The translations under genes and the position numbers were made by a program. From Candidatus Poseidoniaceae archaeon (lineage in GTDB: Archaea > Thermoplasmatota > Poseidoniia > Poseidoniales > Poseidoniaceae), in assembly GCA_949372875.1 (NCBI GenBank), contig CASIAW010000007.1, forward strand, positions 24,736-88,735: a stretch of 64,000 bases of DNA, written 5' to 3'. Of the stretch, positions 50,707 to 60,445 are shown piece by piece. Position 1 is the first letter of the stretch, and every line of letters starts with the position of its first letter. The notes under the pieces were generated by a model. That model was not told where the DNA came from, did no database searches, and saw nothing but the letters and a program-made list of their open reading frames with translations.

Positions 50707-50942
50707 CTGGCGTTCGCAAACCAAAAGATGAGGCCGAAGAGCGACGTGCACGCATTGCTATTGCACAAGGCAAGGGTATGTCATTACCTGCTTTTATCGA
50801 AGATATTCTGAATGAAAAACCGGAAGAGGAATTTGTCGATGCAGTCCGAAACCGCATCGCATTTGCTCATGAGCAAGATGAAACAATTGACATTGTTACA
50901 CTGGTTAAACAGATGGCTGAGATTCAGGACCAGTGGGCTTAA
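50703..50942 (+). CDS. Small charged hypothetical protein, translationally coupled to the JAB gene
   Basis: 79 aa; ATGA overlap; GAGGTGA RBS; stop abuts the convergent gene. Confidence 0.75.
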   Translation: MTGVRKPKDEAEERRARIAIAQGKGMSLPAFIEDILNEKPEEEFVDAVRNRIAFAHEQDETIDIVTLVKQMAEIQDQWA

Positions 50943-53027
50943 TCACGAATTTGAATAGGTCGGCTTTCGACCTTCAATCAATGCCGAGAGTCCCTCAAGT
51001 GAATCAGCAGTCGAGAAAATCTCAGTAAGTCCGTCGAGTTCGAATTGCAATCCTTGTGCTAGGTCTGTATGTCCACTTTCATCGATGAGCGCACTTGCCA
51101 TCTTTAGGGCATGAGGAGCCGTACGAGAAAGAGATTTGAGTTGACGGCCAACATTCCTGTCTTCTGCATCAAAGCCGTCTGGACACTTTCCTGCCATCAA
51201 ATCAGACATGTTTTCATCTGCGAAAAAAGAACGTGCAAAAGAGGCGACTGCACTGTCTGGATGTGCTGGAACACCCGGGTATTTGTTGTCGGGTTTACCA
51301 CTCTTGGCGAGTTGAGAAACGCAAGCATTGACGCCTGAGACATCGACAAGGTGAGTAAGCAATCCAAGATCAGCAGCAGTTGAAGCATCCATGAAATTAC
51401 CAGCTAAAACAGCCCAGCGCGCTGCTGGAATACCGCTGATTCGGGCAGGTCGTTGTGAGCCCCCGAGCCCAGGATAAATTCCAATCGAGGTTTCGGGGAA
51501 GCGGAATTGTGTGCGACGTGTACCAATCCGATAATCACACGCCAGTGCTAATTCAAGGCCGCCACCAAGCGCAAGTCCAGTCGTCAAAGCAACAGTGGTC
51601 TTGCCTGAGGATTCGAGTTTATCGAGTACAACATGCCCATTGGTGGTAAATTCAACAATGTCTGGTATTGCATCTGCGTGTATTTTATCGACAAAGAATT
51701 TGACATCAGCACCTGCGACAAATGCCTTCCCTGCACCGTCCAATACAATCGTGTGAACCGAATCATTGGCGTTGATTTTATCCAATGCGACACCAAGTTG
51801 AGACACAACGGTTTCATTGAGAGCATTCATTGCTTCAGGGCGGTTAATGGTAACGGTAGCAATTCCATTTTCAATGGCTGTATCCACGGTCGAGAAAGAC
51901 CAATCTTCATCACCTTGTTCGACGAAAAATTCAGGGACATTCCATGCACGGGATGGGTCTGCTTCAGCAGCCAAATCAGCATAGGATTGAGCCATTTGGC
52001 ACGAGGCTTGAACGCCGACTTTGTTCATCAACTCAAACGGCCCTCGAGCCCAACGCAAGCCAACTTTAGCACCGCGATCCACATCTTCCATGGAACAAAC
52101 ACCTTCATCAACAATTTGAGCAGCGACGCCGAATACGACTCCATACAAGCGTTCTGAAACAGTGGTGTATTGCTCATCAGAATAAGATTCTTCACCTTCG
52201 ATACTCCAGTGCTCATTTGCATCAATCAGATTTCGAAGGTTTTGAGCCCCGATATATCGGGGAGTGTGCAACTGTTCCGCCAAATAATCAGTCGAGTGGA
52301 GTGCAATCGGTGGACCGGTGAGATTCATCAATCCAAACGGCCCAAGACCAATACGGAAGGCTTTACGGGCAGCAGCATCAATCTGAGCAGCAGTAGCAAC
52401 GCCCTCCTCCAAAAGAAGGCACGCCTCATTCAACCAAGGTACGAAGAAACGATTGACTACAAACCCTGGACGATCTGCACATACGATGACGACTTTGCCG
52501 AGCATTTTGCAGTATTGAACTACTTTTTCAACAGTTTCCGGACTCGAAGATTGAGCAGGAATTACTTCGACAAGTCGGTTTTTAGCAGGATGGTAAAAGA
52601 AATGCAAACCAACAAATCTGTCCGCTCGACCTGTCGCTTCTGCCAGTGCATTGACCGATAGTGAAGATGTGTTTGATGCAAGAATTGTATCAGGGCCACA
52701 TGCTTTGTCAAGGGTGTTAAAAACTGCAGTTTTAATGTCGAAATCTTCGAAAACCGCTTCGATGACCAGATCAGTATCAATCGCCGTATTTTCAACACCA
52801 ACAACACCGGTAATTCGCCCTTGAATGGCTTCGACTTGTGCTGGAGAAAAGATTCGTCGTTCAACAGCTTCAGAAAGGAAATCTCGAATAATTCCTTGGC
52901 CTCTATCAACCCATTGTTGTTCTCGGTCGACCATTTGAACATCAAATTCTTCTTGAGCGGTTTTCTGAGCAATACCTGAGCCCATGTTCCCTGCACCGAC
53001 TATGGCTACGCGTTGAATAGGTTGCAT
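50943..53027 (-). CDS. 3-hydroxyacyl-CoA dehydrogenase / enoyl-CoA hydratase fusion
   Basis: GAGNMGSG, SNTSSL, GLHFF.P, PGFVVNR; crotonase NRPEAMNAL, AFVAGAD, GGGLELALACD. Confidence 0.93.
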   Translation of the reverse strand: MQPIQRVAIVGAGNMGSGIAQKTAQEEFDVQMVDREQQWVDRGQGIIRDFLSEAVERRIFSPAQVEAIQGRITGVVGVENTAIDTDLVIEAVFEDFDIKTAVFNTLDKACGPDTILASNTSSLSVNALAEATGRADRFVGLHFFYHPAKNRLVEVIPAQSSSPETVEKVVQYCKMLGKVVIVCADRPGFVVNRFFVPWLNEACLLLEEGVATAAQIDAAARKAFRIGLGPFGLMNLTGPPIALHSTDYLAEQLHTPRYIGAQNLRNLIDANEHWSIEGEESYSDEQYTTVSERLYGVVFGVAAQIVDEGVCSMEDVDRGAKVGLRWARGPFELMNKVGVQASCQMAQSYADLAAEADPSRAWNVPEFFVEQGDEDWSFSTVDTAIENGIATVTINRPEAMNALNETVVSQLGVALDKINANDSVHTIVLDGAGKAFVAGADVKFFVDKIHADAIPDIVEFTTNGHVVLDKLESSGKTTVALTTGLALGGGLELALACDYRIGTRRTQFRFPETSIGIYPGLGGSQRPARISGIPAARWAVLAGNFMDASTAADLGLLTHLVDVSGVNACVSQLAKSGKPDNKYPGVPAHPDSAVASFARSFFADENMSDLMAGKCPDGFDAEDRNVGRQLKSLSRTAPHALKMASALIDESGHTDLAQGLQFELDGLTEIFSTADSLEGLSALIEGRKPTYSNS

Positions 53028-53078
53028 GACCTTGCCAACAAAACTCGACTCAAGAACACTGCGGAGAGATGTTCTCAC

Positions 53079-53828
53079 TCAGCGGTAAGCGTGAAAAGAC
53101 ATTCGACCTTGATTAATCGTCTGTCTAAACGGTCCACGGCCAGTGAACATTCCCTTGATTGAGGAGAATAACCGAACGGGGAGTGAATAACGAATCCACG
53201 GGTTCTTTGGGTAGACAACTTCCACTCTTGAGAAGCCCAAATCCTTGAGCATGCCTTTCATAGCACCCACATTTGGAGCCCAATAATTTGTATCATCGCT
53301 GTTGAAAGAATCTCCCGGATAATAGACCATTGAAGGTTTCCAGCGATGCAAGTCATCTACAGCAGTCTCAATGATGAGCAATTCTTTGCAGACATTGGCA
53401 GCCACACGAAGACCAGCCATTGGGTCTTGAAGGTGATATAAGACTCCGAGGAACATGACAACATCAAATTCACCAACATTGTCAGGTGACACATCCATCG
53501 CGTCAATATCCAATGATTCGACTTTCGAATTCAGTGCTTTATGAGCGAAATTAAAACCATCTTTCGTCCCCCATCCAGGGCCACTCCAACAGAAATGATC
53601 GGTTGCCAGAACTCGCTTAGCACCAGCCTTTTCTGCTTGGAAAGAGAAAAATCCATCCCAAGAACCGATGTCAAGAACGGTTTTACCGCTCAAATCTTTC
53701 GGGAGGCAAATCTGTTCGAGTTTTGCCATGGAAGCATCTAATCCGGGCGTAACAATGCCGTCGTTAAGAGGGATTGAGTGAAACCATTTGATTGAATCCA
53801 TTCCGTCAGGGGACGTCTCTCCGGCCAT
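53079..53828 (-). CDS. Class I SAM-dependent methyltransferase (DUF1698/CmoB-like)
   Basis: WFHSI, VLDIGSWDGFFSF, GVLYHL.DP, N.W.PN. Confidence 0.85.
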   Translation of the reverse strand: MAGETSPDGMDSIKWFHSIPLNDGIVTPGLDASMAKLEQICLPKDLSGKTVLDIGSWDGFFSFQAEKAGAKRVLATDHFCWSGPGWGTKDGFNFAHKALNSKVESLDIDAMDVSPDNVGEFDVVMFLGVLYHLQDPMAGLRVAANVCKELLIIETAVDDLHRWKPSMVYYPGDSFNSDDTNYWAPNVGAMKGMLKDLGFSRVEVVYPKNPWIRYSLPVRLFSSIKGMFTGRGPFRQTINQGRMSFHAYR

Positions 53829-53878
53829 GCTCGACGACGCTCTGCTTCTACATATGAGCATATTGTTCACGAAATGAC

Positions 53879-55048
53879 TTACAACGAATCGTAAACTTCG
53901 GCCATTCGAAGACAAAATCGACTTTGGTCGAATCGTGATGCAAATTCAATCAGACCTGAACGAGGTTTTGGCCAAACGTGTCCCTCATCCGCCTTGGTGC
54001 GGCTTTGCCAATTTGAATAGACTGAAAGGAGAGCTTCTCTCCAAGCCTCTGTATCTTCGGGGTCAAGACATGTATCATCAGGCATCAACTCATTATGTGA
54101 AGGAAGGTTTGAGCATAAAACAGGGGTGCCACAGGCCATAGCCTCAAGTGGGGGGTAACCGAATCCTTCGCTAGCGCTTGGGAAAAGGAGGGCCTCACTG
54201 GCATGGCGTAAATCCATGAGGGCATCGCTCGAGAGATGACCTCCATAGGAGACCCAATTGTTCACGTCGTATTCACGAGCAAGATGGGAGGCTGATAGAC
54301 CGCCATAAGGGCACTTTTCATTTCCTACATGGTGAACGATAATGTTCTGTTTCATCTCTTCATCCAGCCCACCTATTAATTGACAGAGGAATTTTAGGCG
54401 TTTCCGCGGTGCGTGACTTCCAACAACCAACAGATGGCATCCTTTGGATAAATTCGATGCTGGCAGAGAGGCTACGTTACTCGAACGTCCTTTGGGACTG
54501 AAAGATTGAAGATCTAAACCGAGAGGGACACATACTGATTTGATACCTGGGAAATACTTCATGCATGCTGATAAAGTCGCTTGAGAATCACATACCAAAA
54601 GATCTGCTCGTGCCAAACCTGCACGTAGTTTCACCAAGTCTCGACGCCGATACCATCGCGGATTGTGCTCCCCGACTTCGATGGATTCCTCTCCAACATT
54701 AATTCGCTCTGGAAAGAAATGGAACAAATCATGCACAGTGACAACAACTGGGATAGAACAGTCTTCAGGAATAAGGTGTGCTTGTTCTTGGTCTGTAATG
54801 TGAAGAATATCGAATTCATGCTGCTTTTTGAGAATCTTTGCTATACGTCTTGGGTGTGAAAACCAGCGTTTAAACAAGCGTGAGAAAGGATTCATCCTCT
54901 TTTTAATTGGGTATTCGCAAATCAATGTATTCGCCCATCCCTGAATGTTGCCATGGGTCAGTGAAGTGACAAGGTTGTGATGGGCGCCGCCAATACCGGT
55001 ATTGACGCCTAAGGCACCGCCTCGTACGAGCAACACCTGTTTGGCCAT
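53879..55048 (-). CDS. Glycosyltransferase family 4
   Basis: VTVHDL, VGS..PRK, EGFGYPPLEAMACGTPV. Confidence 0.9.
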   Translation of the reverse strand: MAKQVLLVRGGALGVNTGIGGAHHNLVTSLTHGNIQGWANTLICEYPIKKRMNPFSRLFKRWFSHPRRIAKILKKQHEFDILHITDQEQAHLIPEDCSIPVVVTVHDLFHFFPERINVGEESIEVGEHNPRWYRRRDLVKLRAGLARADLLVCDSQATLSACMKYFPGIKSVCVPLGLDLQSFSPKGRSSNVASLPASNLSKGCHLLVVGSHAPRKRLKFLCQLIGGLDEEMKQNIIVHHVGNEKCPYGGLSASHLAREYDVNNWVSYGGHLSSDALMDLRHASEALLFPSASEGFGYPPLEAMACGTPVLCSNLPSHNELMPDDTCLDPEDTEAWREALLSVYSNWQSRTKADEGHVWPKPRSGLIEFASRFDQSRFCLRMAEVYDSL

Positions 55049-55184
55049 ACTCACCCGTAAGCGCGAGACTTCTTGAAAGGTGAGATGAAGTGTTAATGGA
55101 ATGGCTCGCTTTGTGAAAAAAGGAATCGGTGTTAAAATGGAATTAAGTAGTCGGTGTATCAGCGTTCACATAAGGAGATAAACA

Positions 55185-55646
55185 ATGCCGACTCTACCGC
55201 TCAAAGTACCTCGCGATGATTACAATATGGTTCGGACTTCGATTGAATCTGCTATTAAAATAGGTGGAGATATTCGAGGCATTTTGGGTTCGCAGCAAGA
55301 TCTCAATCCGATGAATGATTTGCATAATGAAGTATGCCGAGCAGGTGAAGCATTGAGTGTATTTGGTTCTCGATGGACCATTGAAATTCTATCAGCACTC
55401 TACATTTCTGGACCTCGAAGATTTAACCAAATGAAGAACCTACTTGAGGGGATTTCATCAAGAACGCTTTCAGACAAATTGCGCTATTTAGCGGACGAAG
55501 GCCTTGTTTCACGACAGGTTGCTGATGGACCACCTATCCGGGTGACGTATCTTCTTACCGAACATGGCCGAACATGTGGCCGACTTCTTTCTCCCCTAGT
55601 CGCTCATTTGAAAATTCATTTAGGCACCGTGCAAGCTCATGATTGA
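55185..55646 (+). CDS. HxlR-family winged-helix regulator
   Basis: C......GSRW, RFNQ, GISSRTLSDKLR, PPIRVTY.LTE.G. Confidence 0.9.
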   Translation: MPTLPLKVPRDDYNMVRTSIESAIKIGGDIRGILGSQQDLNPMNDLHNEVCRAGEALSVFGSRWTIEILSALYISGPRRFNQMKNLLEGISSRTLSDKLRYLADEGLVSRQVADGPPIRVTYLLTEHGRTCGRLLSPLVAHLKIHLGTVQAHD

Positions 55647-55708
55647 GCGTTGCTTTCTGCGACGCACCCATAGGATGGATTAAGAAGGGAGAATGGGAAC
55701 CTCGTCGT

Positions 55709-56371
55709 ATGCCTCTACTTGCACAATGGGTCCGTCAGCGACCGTGGTTGTCTGCTGGTTTGGCAGGTGCTGCTGGAGGCGTGGTAGGACTTGCAAGTGG
55801 AGTCGCAGCCGCCGCTACAGCAGTTGGCGCCCTTGCTATGGGTGGTGTATCTACGAAAGCGAGGACCTATGAGCATCCGTTGCGCCAACGTATTCTCTCT
55901 ACACTTGAACAACACCCAGGTTTGTGTTACAGAGAGTTACAATCAACCTTGAACGCAGCTAACGGAACTCTTCGCCATCATCTCGACGTATTACAAAGCC
56001 GAAAAAGCGTAACCGTTCTACCTGTCAACGGACGCACATGCTATTTTGCCGGCGCTCCAACTCAAGTCGAAATCTTACGGGGAATTGCCGTGAGTGAAGA
56101 GCGAGCAGCATCTGCCCTACCAATCGGATTATCTCTGGTTCAGAAATTGATCATTGAAGATATCAAGAATGAAGGCGTACCACGTTCTCAAGCCTCACTG
56201 GCTCGACGAATCGGCCGCTCACGAGCGACCGTTCATTCTGCGGTGAAAGTACTCCGCAGAAGAGGTATTCTGCGAGAAGACAGAATTGAAATGATGCCGC
56301 ATATCGATATGGAAATCGAATGGCATGGCTCGAAAGGTGTCGATTACGATTGGCACGATGACAGAAGATAA
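55709..56371 (+). CDS. Double winged-helix regulator with N-terminal hydrophobic segment
   Basis: Ala/Gly-rich hydrophobic stretch, R.RIL.....HPG, GTLRHHL, SQASLARRIGRSRATV. Confidence 0.78.
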   Translation: MPLLAQWVRQRPWLSAGLAGAAGGVVGLASGVAAAATAVGALAMGGVSTKARTYEHPLRQRILSTLEQHPGLCYRELQSTLNAANGTLRHHLDVLQSRKSVTVLPVNGRTCYFAGAPTQVEILRGIAVSEERAASALPIGLSLVQKLIIEDIKNEGVPRSQASLARRIGRSRATVHSAVKVLRRRGILREDRIEMMPHIDMEIEWHGSKGVDYDWHDDRR

Positions 56372-56450
56372 AGACTCTATTTTTCGCCTCTTGAGAGGCA
56401 AATAAAACATAGCCTTCAAAGACCCTCGGAATAAACACGTATCGAGTACT

Positions 56451-57560
56451 ATGTTTAGTGTCCGTTTAACAGAGGTTGCTTTACCAACCAGTGAGCGGGA
56501 AGTTGACAACCTCGTTGGCTGGTTTATCGACACATTATGCCTCGTACGCAAACGTGGAGAAGCGACCGCTGACCAAGGAAGAGCGGGGCCTGTTCATCGA
56601 TTATTGAGAGATTACCTCTTTGCACAACCTGACATAAGCTGGGATGCACAAATGTTAGCAGATGAACTCGCTTTAACGCCTGCATCATTGAACCATCACT
56701 TAACTCGATTAGTTGAAGCAGGCATAATTGGTTTTTCGAACGAAGGAAAAGGATGGCGAAGATATTACTTACGTGGCGGCTCGCTTAGTAATGCGATTGA
56801 ATTCTTTACATTACAATGTGAAACAATTGTCAAACAACGCATGGCTTTGCTCGACTCACTTTGGAATCGTGAAAACCCAAATATTGGAACAGAACCTGTT
56901 TCGACCGACACTCCTGCACTTAGTATTGGGATTGTCGACCACCGCCCATTACTTGCTGACAGTGAAGAAAGTCTCTTGTCCCAATGGATGGGTGATTTTG
57001 GATTACTCGGCGAGCGACCTGGCAAAGAAGCACATGCTGAATCAATATCTGTACAATTATTTGAGTTGCTTTTGAATCGAGATTTACCTCTTTCTCTCGA
57101 CGAAGCAAGTGAAGTTCTCGATGACGAAAAACCTCGCCTCGGTAGAATCCTAGAAAGGTTCCGAAATACTGGGATGGTCCAAAGAGTTCCGAGAATCGAC
57201 CGGCTCAACATCACTCTTTGGACGGCTATGACGGCACAACATCAACGCAGGGGAGAAGATTGGATGCTGAAGAAAGGTGGCTTCCAACGAATTCTTAACT
57301 CAAAGCAACAATCTGCTCTACTCTCGAGTCTAAAAAAAGGGAAATTGAAAGTCGAAGAAGTTGAAACATCAATGAAAGGTATTTCCAACGATGAACAGAT
57401 GCTATTACTCAATTTACTCGGTGGACGGCTTCCATTAGGTCACAGGATGGCAGGGTACACATCCGGAGAAGTACACAGAGAGATCGCCTCAAGAATCGAC
57501 AGAACCCTTCGCAGAATGCGCAGAGTTGCTCAATTACTTGAACAGGCAATGGTCTCCTAA
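56451..57560 (+). CDS. Tandem-duplicated winged-helix (ArsR-like) protein
   Basis: LADELALTPASLNHHLTRLVEAGII; second HTH LSLDEASE....KPRLGRILERF. Confidence 0.72.
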   Translation: MFSVRLTEVALPTSEREVDNLVGWFIDTLCLVRKRGEATADQGRAGPVHRLLRDYLFAQPDISWDAQMLADELALTPASLNHHLTRLVEAGIIGFSNEGKGWRRYYLRGGSLSNAIEFFTLQCETIVKQRMALLDSLWNRENPNIGTEPVSTDTPALSIGIVDHRPLLADSEESLLSQWMGDFGLLGERPGKEAHAESISVQLFELLLNRDLPLSLDEASEVLDDEKPRLGRILERFRNTGMVQRVPRIDRLNITLWTAMTAQHQRRGEDWMLKKGGFQRILNSKQQSALLSSLKKGKLKVEEVETSMKGISNDEQMLLLNLLGGRLPLGHRMAGYTSGEVHREIASRIDRTLRRMRRVAQLLEQAMVS

Positions 57561-57621
57561 GTGGCAATGAAGTTCAAGAAACAGCCAACCCTTGAAAAAC
57601 AAGGATTCTGAGCGATTGGTA

Positions 57622-58656
57622 ATGAGCGAGCATATTGGCGCTAAACCTGGTGCGTGGGAAGGCGAGGCTCGTCCTCTTTTTCTTGCTCCAATGGCCGGTG
57701 TGTCGGACCTTCCATTTCGATTACTAGCGAAAGATTGCGGTGCTGATGTGACCATCACTGAGTTTACCAACAGCACAGCTCTTACGCGTGAAGCTGCTAT
57801 GTCGTGGAGAAAGATGGAGTCACATGCCACGGAAATTCCATTTATCCCCCAAATTTTTGGTGGTGATGCAGGCGATATGGCAACAGCTGCTGAAATGTTG
57901 GCACCAAGTGCAGATATTATCGATTTAAACTTCGGATGTCCGGCTCCCAAAGTTACCAAAATATGTGCAGGAGCGGCATTGATGGGTGAACCTGAGAATC
58001 TCGTTGCCATGGTGGATGGAATCATTCAGCGCGTCGATGTTCCTGTTACGGCCAAGATGCGCCTCGGTACGGGACAAGGTGAAAATAATGCATTGGAAAT
58101 ATGCAAAGAGCTCGAAAACATCGGCACGTCTCGGCTATGCGTTCATGGCCGAACGCTTCGACAACGGTATTCTGGCGAAGCAGACTGGAACTCTATCCAA
58201 AGAGTGGTGGATGCAGTCGAAGTCCCCGTTATTGCAAATGGAGATGTTGTCGATACCAAAAGTGCGAAACTGTGCTTAGAAAAAACGGGTGCTGCAGGTC
58301 TTATGATTGGTCGTGGCGCTATTGGTCGTCCTGCAACCTTTGGAGAAATCAAAGTTGGTTTAGGCTGGATGGATGAAGAGGATTTACCGTGGATTAAACA
58401 AATGGGAGAGGAGTGGTATCAGCGTTCAGAGATTGGCCGTGCTTTTGCAACCCGCAAATGGTGTTGGGACAAATACATCGAATATTCTCACCTCACAATG
58501 GGACTTCAACCACGATGGATGCAGAGGCATGCTGTTGCATTCACAAAAGGGTTACCAGGTGCTAAGAAAATTCGTAACCTAATGCATGGTGCCCCGACAC
58601 CAGAAGATTTCGCCACCGGGATTTCCAATTATTTGTCAGCGAACTCTACAGAATAG
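57622..58656 (+). CDS. dus: tRNA-dihydrouridine synthase
   Basis: LAPMAGVSDLPFR, DLNFGCPAPKV, KMRLG, VHGRT, ANGD, MIGRGA. Confidence 0.93.
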   Translation: MSEHIGAKPGAWEGEARPLFLAPMAGVSDLPFRLLAKDCGADVTITEFTNSTALTREAAMSWRKMESHATEIPFIPQIFGGDAGDMATAAEMLAPSADIIDLNFGCPAPKVTKICAGAALMGEPENLVAMVDGIIQRVDVPVTAKMRLGTGQGENNALEICKELENIGTSRLCVHGRTLRQRYSGEADWNSIQRVVDAVEVPVIANGDVVDTKSAKLCLEKTGAAGLMIGRGAIGRPATFGEIKVGLGWMDEEDLPWIKQMGEEWYQRSEIGRAFATRKWCWDKYIEYSHLTMGLQPRWMQRHAVAFTKGLPGAKKIRNLMHGAPTPEDFATGISNYLSANSTE

Positions 58657-58661
58657 CGGAT

Positions 58662-59564
58662 TCAAATGAGTTCAAAAGGTGAAGATGCTAACTTTTTAGC
58701 CGTTTTCACAGCGTCAACGCAAGCCAAATAATCTCCATTGGGGATCAACATTCCTTCTTCACTCTTCATGACTTGTCCATTCAAGTCAAGGATTTGATAT
58801 CCTGAATCAAATAGAATTTGGAACACTTCTTGAGAACTGCGTTGAATCGATTCAAGAAGGGTTTCTTGTAATTCAAATAAAATGTAATCAATTTTTTTCT
58901 CGCCAAGGAGTGTTTGAGCACCGAGAAGAACATCTGATTCGAAACCTTCAACATCTATTTTGAGGAAATGAATTCGTTCAATCGAAAGTTCACGAGAGAC
59001 ATCGTCCATTGTGCGGACTTGAACTTTGATTTTATCGACGGTTGGACTGTTGTCGACATCACCAAGTGAATGGTGGCCGTGAAACCCTTTGACATGCAAC
59101 TGCATTTCTGTCTGCTCTTTACCTAGAGCCATTTGATGCAAAGTAATGTTCTGATTGTTCCTCATCTTCATTTGCGAGTTGATGGTTGAGACGTTTTCTG
59201 GATGAGGCTCGAATGCATGAACATGTTCACAGCGCTGGGAAAACCAGTGGCTTACTACGCCCATATTCGCTCCAACATCAAAGATCATACTCTGCTTATG
59301 GATGAGCGGCTGAATGCGGTCAAGCCATGGAACTGCATCGCATGCTTTACCGGAATTTAAACTCCAATCAAGCCGCTCACCGTAGCTCAGTACCCGAACC
59401 AAACCTCGTTCTTTATCATGAACCAATAATTCCAAATCACTGCTCGCAATTTTTCGGTCGAGCATGGGATAAAAAACCAATCGATTAAACAACCTGCCGG
59501 GAGTTCGGAGGCCATAAAAAAAAGCACGAGCGGGGAGGCTTCGTTTCTTTTCAATATTCGACAT
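58662..59564 (-). CDS. FkbM-family methyltransferase
   Basis: FDVGANMG, AFEP.P, LKIDVEGFE..VL.GA. Confidence 0.9.
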   Translation of the reverse strand: MSNIEKKRSLPARAFFYGLRTPGRLFNRLVFYPMLDRKIASSDLELLVHDKERGLVRVLSYGERLDWSLNSGKACDAVPWLDRIQPLIHKQSMIFDVGANMGVVSHWFSQRCEHVHAFEPHPENVSTINSQMKMRNNQNITLHQMALGKEQTEMQLHVKGFHGHHSLGDVDNSPTVDKIKVQVRTMDDVSRELSIERIHFLKIDVEGFESDVLLGAQTLLGEKKIDYILFELQETLLESIQRSSQEVFQILFDSGYQILDLNGQVMKSEEGMLIPNGDYLACVDAVKTAKKLASSPFELI

Positions 59565-59677
59565 CTGCAAATCCCTCAACGAAAGCCAAAGCCTCTTTGT
59601 TTATCAGTTGCATTCAACAAACAGTTGAATTTTCAAGGAAAGTACTCAAAAAAGGTTCTTAGAAGTCTCGAACTGCT

Positions 59678-60286
59678 TCAGAACGTTGATTGCCATTCTT
59701 CCAAGTCTTGGGAAGCAGCCCAATCTTCATCGGTCGTTTTTCCACGAACCTTGAGAACTTCACGAGCGAGAAGCCAGTAAATCAAAGCGAGTGAACGGCG
59801 ACCTTTGTTGTTTGCAGGAAGTGCGATATCGACATTGCGAAGATTGTTGTTTGCATCAACAATTCCAACGATTGGCAAACCGGAGTTGACCGCTTCTCGA
59901 AGTGCTTGTTGGTCAGCAGCAGGGTCGGTTACAAACAAGACATCAGGCTCAACATAGGAGCGGAGAACTGGATTGGTAAGAGAACCTGGAATAAATCGGC
60001 CAACAGCCGCATTTGCACCAATTGCTTCAGAAAACAATCGAGCAGGACGCTGACCATATTGACGTGCTGAAACAACCATGATTCGAGAAGGGTCATACTT
60101 GTTGAGGAACTCAGCAATGGAACGAATTCGAGAGTCGGTCATGTTGACATCGAGAAGGTAAAGTCCGTCTTCACGAACACGTTCAATGAAACGAGCCATG
60201 TCAGCACTCTTTTGTTGAGTACCAATATTGACAGCATTCTCCTCATAGGATTCAAAGGGTAAGAGTAAGTTCATTTCCTCGGACAT
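59678..60286 (-). CDS. rps2: 30S ribosomal protein S2 (archaeal uS2)
   Basis: IGTQQKS.DM, R.DGLY, GRFIPGSLTNP, DP..D.QA..EA, PANNKGRRSLAL.YWLLAREV. Confidence 0.96.
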   Translation of the reverse strand: MSEEMNLLLPFESYEENAVNIGTQQKSADMARFIERVREDGLYLLDVNMTDSRIRSIAEFLNKYDPSRIMVVSARQYGQRPARLFSEAIGANAAVGRFIPGSLTNPVLRSYVEPDVLFVTDPAADQQALREAVNSGLPIVGIVDANNNLRNVDIALPANNKGRRSLALIYWLLAREVLKVRGKTTDEDWAASQDLEEWQSTF

Positions 60287-60316
60287 GGCAATTCCTCAGC
60301 AGTCACCCGACTTGGA

Positions 60317-60328
60317 CTCTATATTAAA
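60317..60328 (-). promoter_or_regulatory. Canonical TATA box upstream of rps2
   Basis: Minus strand TTTAATATAG about 40 bp before the ATG; GAGG RBS present. Confidence 0.55.
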
Positions 60329-60445
60329 CCGCTTCGTAGAGAGGCGGGATGATTTCAACTGCAACCTCAAGGAGATTTAAGCGGGATTGCCATGGGAGAA
60401 CTCAAAGCCTGAAGCAAGTCTGTTGAGGTAGAGGGGGGGTTTGTG

